NCBI GenBank assembly: GCA_036785375.1
Contig: JAWMAR010000030.1
Location: forward strand, 5,084,001 to 5,148,000
Source of the DNA: Leucoraja ocellata
Lineage: Eukaryota
DNA: 64,000 nt
Direction of reading: 5' to 3'
The notes beneath the pieces are model-generated. The model searched no databases and had not been told where the DNA came from. It saw nothing but the letters and a program-made list of their open reading frames with translations. A program made the position numbers and the translations under genes. How positions within the stretch are numbered: the stretch's first letter is position 1; the number at the start of each line of letters is the position of its first letter. Positions 25,467 to 37,115 of this stretch are shown in pieces.

Positions 25467-25527
25467 AGTTATTGAGGAAATCTGCTGAACACACACTGGT
25501 CGACATGGTGCAGCTGCTGTTCTCAAG
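25467..25527 (+). CDS. GBF1: GBF1 window exon 4 (61 nt)
   Basis: ttctctctgcag| (E)LLRKSAEHTLVDMVQLLFS(R) |gtagaa; phase 1-2. Confidence 0.95.
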
Positions 25528-27319
25528 GTAGAAATGCTGAGATTAACCTGTCATAGTTCTCCTTTGGGGCTAGCCAAGGGCAACTATTTTGTGTGTTGAT
25601 ACCTTAATATCAAAAAAGTGGACTTGTTTCATTATTATTGTTTAGATTTCATCAGTGCAAATATAAAACTTCTATGATCTAAAATGGTCTCTTAAATTTT
25701 CAATTGAACAGTGGTATTGTCAAGCTATAATTATTTGGAATTGAGTTAATTTTTTCTTGTTTATGGTGGTGTGAAATGCTTTGAAGATCTGTGTGATGTT
25801 GCCTTTTGAACATATTATTTGGTTTGTGTGAATCCAAGTTTTTGTTCAGTAATAGTTTTATCAACCTAGCCTTCTATCACAGAATGTCACAGCTTCACAT
25901 TTCCTCTTTCCATTCTCTCTGGCTTTACACTAGTTGAACTGACACTTAGCTCCTCTGCCTCCCAGATTACTGAGCCAGCCATTAGGCTGTATATACTAGT
26001 ATTGGGTCAATTTTGTCCTCTGACACAGTGGTTTATATATGTATGAACAATGTAAGCTGACTTTAATGGACTGGATATCCACAGGTATTTTGTCAGTTCA
26101 AAGCAGCTGCCTAATCTATTCAAAGCACAATAAACCGGGCAACTTAACCTTCATTCTCGGGATCAGCTGGGGGTAAGCCAGTATTTCATCTGCAGCTCCT
26201 TCTGCAACTCATTCTGAGTCTCAAATGTAAGTTTCTATGTTAATTGTGGCAGAATGTGATACTGTTGCATTGTACCCTTTGCACACCAAGATGACCATCT
26301 GGAGAGCGACTTAGCAAGTTCGTGACCAAGTGGATTTGGAACTGCCTACACTATGCTGGCAGGGTCATTTGATGTAGCTACTGCCCAGCTGATCCTCCAA
26401 GCTCTCTTTATATGATGTTTCATTCCACACAAATTAGTTGCTGTTTTTTTCCAGTGACACTATTATTTTGTGTCCAATGCAAGTAATACTTTTGATATTG
26501 AAGATCAAGAAATTGATCTGCATTTCAAATTTGTCCATTGTAAATGCTTATCCACAGTCTCTGCTATACTTTGCCCCCCTTTGTGCTTTTTCTCTGTCCC
26601 AGTGAAGGAGTATCTATCTTCCTTTTGCGGCCCCAGGAAAAAAATTGGAAACAAGGTTTTACAGGCCTCTTTAGCATGCAGCTGTAGTCCTGTAATATAT
26701 TTGTTCCTGTCAATTTTTGTGATAAAAATAGTATTCTTTCTCTTAAAATGTTGCATGCACACTGTCAATAAGATTTCTGTTCAGGTGAGCAGATATGGTT
26801 TCACATTTTTATAAATTACTAGAAGAAGTGGAGCCATGTATGCTGTTCGGACAGAAATCGTAGAAAGCAATGGGGAATTACTGTAATTTAATTGATAGTA
26901 GGCGTGCAGCATTTAAAAGATAAACCTTTACTTTAAAAAGTCTGATTATCGTCAGATATTCAATAAATTACGAGAAGAAACTGGTATCTTTAGTTTGTCC
27001 AGAGAGTTCTGTCCATTCTCTCTTTTGTAATCTTAAATTGGTTTTAATATACAATTTAATATCGTGTGTTTTGTCTGTCCAAAACTCTCTCTGTTTTATT
27101 TTTCCGATATTGCATGGTTCATTTTAAGGCAGCTGCACTTTATTACAAAGACACTCAGTCCCGCAGCTTTACTCCTTAAAGGAATATGAAACTTGGGCAG
27201 TAATGCATGGATTGCATGATCTAGCACCTGCTCTCTTTGCCTAATAATCTTCTTCATGTGGTTTTGTAACATTGGTGTATATATTGCTAAGTAATTTATC
27301 TCGTGTTTTCATAAGTCTA

Positions 27320-27490
27320 TGTATTACTAGACTTGTGCAGCACGAAAGCAGGCTCTGTGGCCCAACTCGTCCATGCTCTCAAAATGCAATCGATGCTAAT
27401 CCCATTTGCCTGCATTTGGCCGAATCCCTTTATTCCTCTCTTTCTAGACTCTACCCTCGGAAAAGGTTGTGACCGTTCACTTATCTATGT
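27320..27490 (-). mobile_element. CR1-type 3' tail fragment
   Basis: GGCCCAACTCGTCCATGC..TCCCATTTGCCTGCATTTGGCC, the reverse complement of a CR1 3' UTR. Confidence 0.55.
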
Positions 27491-27558
27491 CTTTTATTAC
27501 TGAAACTATTCTGTGGAATTTACTTTTATACTTTCTAATGTTTGTTAATGTTCTGCAG

Positions 27559-27613
27559 GTTACCTCAATTTAAAGAAGAAGCCAAAAGTTTTGTGGGAAC
27601 CAGTATGAAGAAG
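27559..27613 (+). CDS. GBF1: GBF1 window exon 5 (55 nt)
   Basis: ttctgcag| LPQFKEEAKSFVGTSMKK |gtagac; phase 2-0. Confidence 0.95.
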
Positions 27614-28054
27614 GTAGACTGATATTTTATTTTCCGTTGATTCCATGGTGGCTTTTAGTTTAAATAGGGCGGTGTGTTTAATTTACTTCATCCTGTTTTT
27701 GTGTGTTTTCTTTGCTTGTATGCATTATGATCTTGTTTTGACTGCTTTGTGCCTGGCAACGCTTATTTAATGTTTCTCAAAGAGTTCAGAATTTTAAATA
27801 AAAACATTTAAAAGGTTGCAATGACACTAAATCATTATTTGACAGGAAATTGAGGCTTGAGTGTTCTTTTGGAATTTTCCCAATATATGGAAAATGCCCC
27901 TTTTATAAATGGGAAACTATCATTTGCACTGTCTTAATAATTAATTTGGGCATCCAGTAGTTTACTTACTTTCTGCACTTTTGAGAAAGTCTGTCTGAGT
28001 ACTGGTGTAAATGCTACACAGAAGATCAATCTCCTTTATTGTTCTCGAAATATT

Positions 28055-28185
28055 AAAACAACTGCAGATGCTGAAAATCGGAAACAAAAACCGAACTCTG
28101 TAGAAACATTCAGCAGGCCAGGCAGCATCTATGGAGGGAGAAACCTAATCAAAGTTTTGGGTCAGTGATCCCACATAGAATGGGA
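28055..28185 (-). mobile_element. Older Penelope-like terminal fragment
   Basis: AACTGCAGATGCTGAAAATC..CAGCAGGCCAGGCAGCATCTATGGAG module. Confidence 0.6.
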
Positions 28186-29019
28186 AAGTGAGATGACAGT
28201 TTTAAGCTGCTGGCAATTCTGTATTTAAGGTTTGAGTTGTTTTAAGATTGGGAATATGTTAAGTGATTGTGAGTGAAGTATGGAAGGAATTTGGGGAAGC
28301 GCACAACTGTTCATCCACTTTGGCTTAGTCTGTTCCTGCTAAACTGACTGATTTGATTTGCATTAGCAGAGCATTGTGAGACATCTTGGGAGTCTTTGAA
28401 GTCGACCTTTTGCGTTTTTAATTCCATTGCTGCCTGCCTCTGAAAGTTCAGCTGCATTTATTTTCAAATTATATATTTCATGTTGGAACTATGCGCTTCT
28501 GGACACTTTTGTTATATTTAAAGACATTGACTAAGCAAGCAAGAAATAAATGCAGTTCACAAAAATCTTTAAACTATTTTGAAAAACACTTTTTCTTTTG
28601 TCCTCGTCTATCTGCCTCACTGTGTTTGTTTTACACAATATCTCAAATGCACACATGTACCTTTTGTTTTCCGAGAGATAGATCCATGATTTAGGACATT
28701 AATTCAATACCTCCAACAAAGGCCACTCGTCAGAGTCAAGAACTATAGACCTGATTGTCAAGTTCGGGCTGATGTTGACTGGACATCTTAAATCTTCTTG
28801 CACTGTGGTGTTAATTATCAGAGCATATTAACCTGCTGCCAGTAGATTTGCCTATCTCTCATACAATTGACCTCGCTGGTTTCCATCCCAATGTTGTCAG
28901 GTTTGTTTAATCTTAAAAAAACAGTTTTTAATACAAAGATCATGGAGGTATACTTTAACCAATGTGACACGAGCATCATTATTATGTTCTGAGTCCTTCA
29001 CAAAATTGTGGCACAAAAT

Positions 29020-29192
29020 AGACACAGGAACTGCAGATGTGGGAACCGCGAGTGGAACTCAGTGGGTCGGGCAACATTTGTGAAGGGGAATGGACAGGCG
29101 GCTGGAAGGGTCCAAACCTGAAACATCGCCTGTCCATTTCCCATCATAGATGTTGCCTGACCAGCTGAGCTCCTCCAGCACTTTGTTTTGCT
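29020..29192. mobile_element. Two Penelope-like termini in inverted (fold-back) arrangement
   Basis: Minus-type half (GGAACTCAGTGGGTCGGGCAACAT..GGAATGGACAGGCG) followed by a plus-type half (GAAACATCGCCTGTCCATTT..ATGTTGCCTGACCAGCTGAGCTCC). Confidence 0.65.
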
Positions 29193-29873
29193 GTTGTACA
29201 GAATACTTGTCTTTGAATAAATCATCTTTCCTATTGATAAATATAAAATAAAATGGGACTTTTTAAATGGAAGTGTGAGCATGCTGAAAACGTTTAAGAA
29301 GTTTGGCGCATGTGTAAGATGGCTAGTAATCAGGAGTAATGAGCGGACTTCTCCCTGTGAAGGTTCAATCCATGGTTTTTGTGCACAACATGACTGTCAA
29401 GCAGTGCAAGAAATGGATATGCAGAAATGCAAATACTTTTTTTGCAAAATACCATTACCAAAACATACATTGAATTGTATTTTTATACGTTTCTTTTTGA
29501 TGTTTGGCTTGTTGGAATGGAGGTAATTAGTAAATCCAAATAAATCTGTAGACTGAAGTGATCTAAGGTGTCCTCATTTTAAAGTATTTGATTATGTTGC
29601 ATGGTTCGCATCAAGCACTGCATGAGGTGATGGTCATGTTTTGAAGTTCCTCTTACAAATGGTTTAGATGGACATCCTAAGGCATGAATTTGTGTCTTAA
29701 AATTCATACATGGCTATATTTATAACGAGAATCTGTAGTTTTGTATGCTTTCAAATGTGAAATAATTAAAACGTAGTTGAAAGTTTAATTGAGATTTTTT
29801 TTAAATCCCTTATCACAATCATTTTACAACTTTTTAATTTACTATTTACTGGCAACATTCTTTCCCCCCTGAG

Positions 29874-29909
29874 GCTTACACTATCATGTGGAAAAACAAA
29901 CGAGTGCAG
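29874..29909 (+). CDS. GBF1: Candidate alternative GBF1 microexon (36 nt, AYTIMWKNKRVQ)
   Basis: ttctttcccccctgag| gct tac act atc atg tgg aaa aac aaa cga gtg cag |gtaagg. Phase 0-0 in a phase-0 intron, no stop, and about 78 nt without an AG upstream. Confidence 0.6.
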
Positions 29910-31600
29910 GTAAGGATATTAGACTGATGCAAGCTTTGTCAGTGGAAGGAAGGTCCCAAAATCAGAATACTGTTCACACAAGTATAGGATTTAGGATCCT
30001 GGATATCTGTAATTTCATCAAATAACATTTACAATCTTGTAATGAAATAATTTTTAAAAGTTTTATTTAGAATTTTGAAAAAGTAAATCAAATATATAGG
30101 TGAAAATGGCCTGTTGTTTTCTCCCATACATTCAAAAATCCATTATTGGGGAGAGGTAGAATACATATTTTCCATCAAATTGACGAGCTCTTGTGCCATT
30201 TCCCTATTAAGAAAAGTATTGGATTGGAGTCACCTAATATGCACATAGTTGGTCCTTAAGCAGCAGATGCTGGTCACTTGAAACGATTGTTGGTTGCACT
30301 GTAAACTGATTGTATGATACCTCCCTTTCTGTACACTAGTAGATTTAGACAACTTGAAATCTGATGTTTCTTGCTATAATTTCTGACAAGCAACAGTATG
30401 TAGATGGAGTTTGGTTTGTTCTCAGCTACTATACCATACTGTGCCAACAAATCAGACCTTCAGTATATTATGAACTATTCAAAATATAAATTTGGTTCTT
30501 CCATTGTGCATTTGTTGAACATATCATAAGCATTATGATCCTTTGCTGTCGTACTTTAACTGGTCTTCCATTGTCTATATCAAATTTGATTTTATGCATT
30601 CGCAGAGAGGTTCAGTTTACGTGTTTGTGTACATCAATATTACTGAAATCCTCATTTCTATCTTGAATGCCTTTTATTTCCATAATATTACCGAACAGCT
30701 CATTTAAAGAACATGGGGTATTCCTGATAATTTCACCTTTGCTGTATTTGTTGGCATCCGCACATAGCACCATTATTGATGGATCTTTCAGAAATATTTT
30801 CCTATCATTCCTCCGTCTGCATTGTGATTTACTACTGCAACGACGTGCAGCAAAGAAAAATATTTGTAACTTGGGTGGTTAATTTTTGGTAATTTTCATC
30901 CTTGGACCAGGATCTGACCTGTGTAGCTTGGTAAAGATTTTGCGAGGGAAGTGGTGGGGGTGATCAGTTAAATGACTGTTTACTTTTAGTTTTGCTTTGG
31001 ATCAAAATGAATTGGTGCAATAGCCTATGTTGTATTATTTCTGTCTGTAGTGCCCTGCTTTTCTCCCCCCATGTATGCTTAGCATTTATCCAGAACTAAT
31101 TAACCTAGCCAAGATTCCATTGTTGGGTTTGGAATGCTCTTAATGATGATGTGAATAAGCCCGACTGGATAAATAATATTTCACCTTCAGATTGCAAACA
31201 AGAATGTCCGGGTATACATTTAATGTGTTAAAAATATTAACGAGTGAAAATCTGTTGCAGGAATTTCCTTCATAATTAGCAGCAGACAGAGAACTTAGTA
31301 TTCAGAACCACATCAATGCATTTAAAAATGAACAATACATTTTGATCACTTCCGTGTCAGTGTTGTACCTCATTGTTATTAATTGTTGTTTAGGCATGGG
31401 GTAAATTTCATTCCTTAATATTAGTTTAGTATGAATAAATAAGTGGCCATTTTGTTTTTCATTTTATGGGGTGAGCATCACTCACTTGAAGTGATAAACT
31501 GAACAGGGAAGTTTGCAAACAGAAATATAATTCTCTGGATTTAAATCTGAGTATTTTAAAGCAGACCTTGCATTAGAATATGTTCGCATTCAACTTGCAG

Positions 31601-31778
31601 CTTAAAATGAGGGCTGGAGGAATGAGTGACTCATCCAAGTGGAAAAAGCAGAAGAAATCACCACGACCTTCTCGTCACGCCAACAAACTTGCACTTGCGT
31701 CCGATCAGCAGTCAGTTCCTGGCCAGGTCTTGCATGGTTCAATCGGTTCTGTACCTCAGCTCTTGAACAATCATCCAG
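31601..31778 (+). CDS. GBF1: GBF1 window exon 6 (178 nt)
   Basis: caacttgcag| LKMRAGGMSDSSKWKKQKKSPRPSRH...NNHP |gtaggt; phase 0-1. Confidence 0.92.
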
Positions 31779-32312
31779 GTAGGTCTTGTTTGGCTCATCG
31801 TTCCTGAGAAAGAAAATCTTGCAAACAATTTTTCTGGTGAAAGGTTCAGAGAATTTAAGTTTAAAAATATTAGCCTTTGTAAAAAAAGATCATTTTTCTT
31901 CAGCACCACTTTTCTGCAAGAATATTAGCTTAGAGATATAGCATAAAGTGAGTTTGAAACGACACTAAATTTGTACACGGGTGAAAATGCAGGCAGAAAT
32001 TCATTTAGAAATGTTTGATTAATTTTCACATAAGATCAACCTATAATGGGTTGTACGTTTGTTAAAGAAGCTGGATCTTGTTTTGGATTTCTCTGCTAAT
32101 GCAGCAATAACAATACTCAAATAACCCGGAAAATAGCGATAAGAAATTGAAAACCTGTATCGAATGGTACCCTGAGATATATGAATGAAAAGTAGCCCAT
32201 ATCCATAATTTAAACATTTAAGAAAATATTGCATATAGGGAGTTGAAAGAACAAATGGATAATAAAGACTAATCTTGTCATCTCGATGATTGATATATTT
32301 ATTGGTCTAAAG

Positions 32313-32539
32313 GTGAAACATCCTTCCTGGAACATTCGGTGATACCTGTGAGCAGTGCAGGTTCTGAAAATGCATCAATTATCTTAAGCCCTGCCACAGA
32401 CAGTGGCGTGGAATTTTCTTCAAAGACAGCATCAAAAGAAGACCTCACTGATCTTGATCAAGTCACTCCAGCAAGCACCCCTACCGGTGAACCAGCAGAA
32501 GACAAAATTATAGAGTCGCTTGCTCAGCACGAGTCTCAG
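32313..32539 (+). CDS. GBF1: GBF1 window exon 7 (227 nt)
   Basis: ggtctaaag| (G)ETSFLEHSVIPVSSAGSE...SPATDSGVEFSSKTASKEDLTDLDQ...HESQ |gtaaat; phase 1-0. The acceptor is weak. Confidence 0.88.
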
Positions 32540-33139
32540 GTAAATGCCATTGCATTAAAAAATTTGAGCAATTTTTATTATTTTCAATTATTATTCTGAT
32601 TCCTTCTGGTGTGTACTTCAATGTTTTAATCTGGTTTGTAGCAGTTTATTATGATGCAAACATTGGAATTTTCTTAGAGTGTAAAAGCAAAATGCATATC
32701 AGTTCAGCCATTATATTTTCATGTCATAACATTCCATACATTACCCACTTCTTTGAACAAGGAATCTTTGCACTATCCTTCGAAACCTCAGCTCCTTAAT
32801 CCAGAACTTGTTAAATCACTTCTGTCAGGTTACATTGAAGGAGAAGAAAGCTATTAATCCTGTGTGATTGTGACAGATAACTTTTCCCATCATCTAATTT
32901 GGTACAGTCATTAACCACTGTAAATTGCCTGAGTGTGCAAGTTAGTGGTACGATCTTGGAGTTGTTATTGTGCATGTGAGGAGAATAAAAACATGGGTGT
33001 TTTATGTTCCGCGTGGCTGAAGATCATGTTTCTATGACTATATGTAGGAAGTTTGAACATTGTTCTAAATTATTACTACAGTGTATCTTTGGGTTTAAGT
33101 AAGCTAATTGAATTGAAGCTTGCTAATTTTGTTTTGAAG

Positions 33140-33332
33140 GGCAGAAGATTGGATGAATTTTTGCCGAAGGAAGAGAAGGCTCAATTCACATCGGTGGAAT
33201 CTATTCCAGAAGTGTTAGAAGATCGTGACTCCCTCACAGAAATATCTGACACTGCTTCAATCCATGAAGTACATGATATGGACTATGTGAACCCTCGTGG
33301 GGTTAGATTTACTCAGTCAACGCAGAAGGAAG
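33140..33332 (+). CDS. GBF1: GBF1 window exon 8 (193 nt)
   Basis: ttttgttttgaag| GRRLDEF...SVESIPEVLE...HDMDYVNPRGVRFTQSTQKE |gttggt; phase 0-1. Confidence 0.9.
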
Positions 33333-33461
33333 GTTGGTGTTAGTGCTTGTATATCTTGGAATGAAACAAGATTAATCAAAGAGCAATGGAAGGGTTCCTT
33401 TTCATTTTAATCATGAAACAAATGTAACTTGTTTTTACCGTAATGTCTGAACTGGAAACGT

Positions 33462-33712
33462 AAATAATAATAATAATAATAATAATTTTATTTATAGAGC
33501 ACTTTAAAAACAAACATAGCTGCAACAAAGTGCTGTACATCACTAATCATTGACAAAAAAGTTAATACACACCAAAAATAACAATCAAAAGAAATAGTAG
33601 GAAAAGACATGTAAAATAAAGAAACATCAAAAACACCACAAACAGAAGCAAAGCCTCAGGCATGGTCAAAAGCCAGGGAATACAAATGCGTTTTAACACT
33701 GGATTTGAAGAA
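33462..33712 (-). mobile_element. L2-family LINE 3' end with (TTA)n tail
   Basis: The minus strand encodes FKSSVKTHLYSLAF (L2 ORF end), then GTACAGCACTTTG...AAAGTGCTCTATAAATAAA and the tail, seen as (AAT)n at 33462-33485. Confidence 0.75.
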
Positions 33713-33739
33713 TTTAAATAATTTTAAATAATTCAGTCA

Positions 33740-34145
33740 AGTTGGTGTGTGCTGAATGAGGCCACATGCAAACTGGAGCAACAACATCTCATATTCCGCT
33801 TGTGTAGCTTACAACCAAGCATATGAATATTGCATTCTCCACTTTTAGGTAACCCCTCACAACAACCCTTTCCCCATTTCCCTTGCCCCCCCCCATCTTT
33901 CCCTCCGCTTTGTCCCACCTAGACTCCCACCTATTTCCCTCTACCATCCACCACCCCACACTCTCCTGCTACCTACCTCCCTCTGGATTTACATTTACAT
34001 TCCACAACTCAACAAACCTGCCTCCCACCTTCATTTATTATCTAAAGCCAAACACATTGTACGGAAGTAACTCAGCAGGTCAGGCAGTATTTGGGGAGGG
34101 AATGGGTCGGTAATGTTTCGGGTCAGGATCCGTCTTCAGACTTTG
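33740..34145. mobile_element. Penelope-like fragment (+, end of GIY-YIG region) joined to an inverted terminus (-)
   Basis: GAGGCCACATGCAAACTGGAGCAACAACATCTCATATTCCGC (EATCKLEQQHLIFR) on +; GTAACTCAGCAGGTCAGGCAG..GTTTCGGGTC..TCTTCAGACT at 34067-34142. Confidence 0.7.
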
Positions 34146-34565
34146 AGTCTCTGAGATAAACTAAACCCTGGAAATATGGATTGACCATCATAATGTCCAT
34201 GATAGAAAGATGTTAAATTCTGCACAGTATGAAAAGATGGGAGGGTAAATAGAGATCGACAACATTGTTAAAAAGAGCTAGAATGGAAACCAAAATGCTT
34301 AGAAATATTTAACCAACATTACAGAATTCATTAAAGTGATGTAAAATAAGGTGATGCCATTAATAGTAAAAACTTCAACATCTATACCATAGCAGTCTAT
34401 ATTACAAGAGGCTTCAATGTCTTTGAAAGGAAACTAAATAAGTATGTGCGAGTTGGGGGCAGAAAGATGCGCTGAATGGTTGAGATGAGGTAGATGGAAG
34501 AAAGGCTGAGGTTTCATATGGTGTATTATGTGTAACTTGGTCTAATGTGCAAGTCTCCCTCTCAG

Positions 34566-34777
34566 GTGCCGCTTTGGTTCCATATGGTTTGCCATGTATC
34601 CGAGAGCTCTTCCGTTTCCTAATATCCCTCACCAATCCACATGATCGCCACAACTCTGACGTGATGATTCATATGGGTTTGCAGTTGCTTACCATAGCAT
34701 TGGAATCAGCAGCAATTGCTAATTACACATCACTGCTGGGTCTTATTAAAGATGAGCTCTGCCGGCACCTGTTCCAG
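34566..34777 (+). CDS. GBF1: GBF1 window exon 9 (212 nt), HUS region
   Basis: ctccctctcag| (G)AALVPYGLPCIRELFRFLISLTNPHDRHNSD...CRHLFQ |gtagga; phase 1-0. Confidence 0.96.
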
Positions 34778-34864
34778 GTAGGAATTTTTAAATTTCATGA
34801 ACATTTTATGACTGTGCACATTTAGTGGCTTTGCAATAAGTGTTTCATGTCATTTGCTTTTCAG

Positions 34865-34963
34865 CTGTTAATTGTTGAACGTCTTAATTTATACGCCACT
34901 TCTCTCCGGCTATGTTTCCTTTTATTTGAGGGCATGAGGCAACATCTTAAGTTCCAACTTGAG
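34865..34963 (+). CDS. GBF1: GBF1 window exon 10 (99 nt)
   Basis: tttgcttttcag| LLIVERLNLYATSLRLCFLLFEGMRQHLKFQLE |gtaagt; follows an 87-nt intron. Confidence 0.96.
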
Positions 34964-35209
34964 GTAAGTGAAATTTAATGTATTTCAACCTATAATCCTT
35001 GGTAGTTGAACCTGCTTCATAACACTGTTCATGGCAACCAACAATATTGGGCATTTTAATACTTCTTTTAATCTTGATGCAGAGATCTTGCCGTTTTTCA
35101 GTTCTGGGTGTCAAATTTCTGGGCATTACTTTTTAAATATTCATTTTAAACTCCGCGGCGAACAAATTGGCTTATCTTTATCTTCATAAAATAATATGTT
35201 GTATGATGA

Positions 35210-35300
35210 TAGACACAAAATGCTGGAGTAACTCACAAGCAGCATCTCTGGAGAGAAGGAATGGGTGACGTTTTGGGTCGAGACCCTTGTTCAGACTGAA
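35210..35300 (-). mobile_element. Penelope-like terminal fragment
   Basis: GACACAAAATGCTGGAGTAACTCA..GGAATGGGTGACGTTTTGGGTCGAGACCCTTGTTCAGACTGA. Confidence 0.75.
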
Positions 35301-35664
35301 AGTCAGTATGATGAAATGTGTCATTCATATTCAGCTGGCTAAACAGTAGAGATTTGAATTTTGAATACACGGATCATAAAATTTATCTCCACAAGTATTA
35401 ATATAATGTTGAATGTTTGAGTGGCTATAAAATAATTTTCCAACTAATTTTTCTGTCTTGATCTCCAAAAATATCCTCAGTGTTGACATTTATGTTGCTT
35501 TTTTAAGGTACAAAATACTTAATTACTTTCCAGTTGCATTGGGGTTAAGAATATAATTGTGGGCATCCAAACAATTCTGAGCCTTATTGGTACCAACAAA
35601 GAACCTAAATGAGGGCTTGTCCTGTATTTTATTTAGAATTGCACTCTATCTTTCAGCTATGCCA

Positions 35665-35975
35665 TTGTGTGGCATAGAGGGGGATTTGGTAGAGCTGCTT
35701 CTTTGCAGTGTTAGAAGCCCGGGATCTATCCTGAGCTTAGATACTGTTTGTGTGGAATTTGCAGGTTCTCCCTGTGACTGCATGGGTTTCCTCCGAATCT
35801 CAGGTTTCCTTCCACATCCCAAAACGGTGAAAGTTTGTAGGTTAATTGGCATGTGGAAATTGCTCCTAATCTGTAGGGAATGTATGAAAAAGTGGGACAA
35901 CATATAATTAGTGTGATGGGTGATCGATGGCCAGCATGGACTTGGCCTGTTTCCATACTGCATCTTTAAACTAAA
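35665..35975 (+). mobile_element. tRNA-derived V-SINE (HE1-like)
   Basis: GGTAGAGCTGCT..CCCGGGATCTATCCTG head, V-domain GTGGAATTTGCAGGTTCTCCCTGTGACTGCATGGGTTTCCTCCG, tail GGCCTGTTTCCATACTG. Confidence 0.8.
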
Positions 35976-36188
35976 CTGGCAGATTTTCATTTGATGTGAC
36001 AAATGGCAATTTGTTTGAATTGCTTTGCTTTTGACTGATGTCTTTTTCTTGTAGGTTGGTTTGGTATTAGAAATCATATTTGGGTAGCTGTTCCAGCAAG
36101 CTAAAAAAATGTTCTAGTTTACATATAGATAACTGTAATGTGACATTTTTACTCTTGAAGTTTATAGGAGTGATATCTTTTCCCCTAG

Positions 36189-36383
36189 ATGTATTTAAAG
36201 AAACTAATGGATTTGGTCACTTCGGAGAATCCCAAGATGCCCTATGAAATGAAAGAGATGGCTTTGGAGGCATTAGTTCAACTGTGGCGAATCCCAAGCT
36301 TTGCCACAGAACTGTACATCAACTTTGATTGTGATTTCTACTGTTGTAATCTTTTTGAAGATCTTACCAAACTTCTTTCCAAG
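36189..36383 (+). CDS. GBF1: GBF1 window exon 11 (195 nt), HUS box
   Basis: ttttcccctag| MYLKKLMD...[25 protein letters not shown] |gtacat; contains the N(Y/F)DC HUS box. Confidence 0.96.
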
Positions 36384-36931
36384 GTACATTTTGGTACATT
36401 CACTCTGTTGAATTATTGATCATGCTCATCTCTCATCGTATTGTAGTAGTATTTTTCAATTTAATTGATCGAGGAAAGAGATTGATTAAGAAATTCATAA
36501 TCAGTACTATGATAATTGTCTGGATGAGAGAAGTGAGGAAATGTAAACAAATGCTTTTGAAAATGTGCATCATGAAAGCATTAGTGTGTGCTAGTCACAA
36601 GAAAAGGCCGACATAATAATGAGTTTGTTAAACTACGTTATATTTTGAAAGAAAACATTAATTATGCAATTCAATTATAGAATTATAGGAAGTATATAAG
36701 AATTGGTGCAATTGTTTTTTCTGCAGTGCTCAGTGTCATGTCTACTTTGTGGGAGCCAGCTTCAGTCCCAACTTCAGAATATGTTTGTTATTTAACTTTG
36801 GTGCATTTTACAATTGTAAACTTTTATGGGTTATCATACAAACGAGCTTATGGAAGCATTTATGGAAATGTGATTTATTTGGCAGATTTGTATTCACAGC
36901 TACACTGAACTACTTTTTCCTATCTTTGTAG

Positions 36932-37115
36932 AATGCTTTTCCTGTATCTGGACAACTGTACACCACTCACTTGTTGTCACTCGAGGCCCTGTTAACAGTT
37001 ATTGACAGCACGGAGGCTCACTGCCAAGCCCGAGTTCTCAATAATGCTCTGCAACAGGACAAGGATGGAAGTACGCTGACAATGGAAACTAATCACAGCA
37101 AAGAGAACTCTAATG
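36932..37115 (+). CDS. GBF1: GBF1 window exon 12 (184 nt)
   Basis: tatctttgtag| NAFPVSGQLYTTHLLSLEALLTVIDSTEAHCQ...ENSN |gtgagt; phase 0-1. Confidence 0.95.

Noticed and set aside
28684-28756. Possible C/D snoRNA (ATGATT...CTGA)
   Set aside because: The C box is imperfect, there is no terminal stem, and I recognise no rRNA or snRNA guide.
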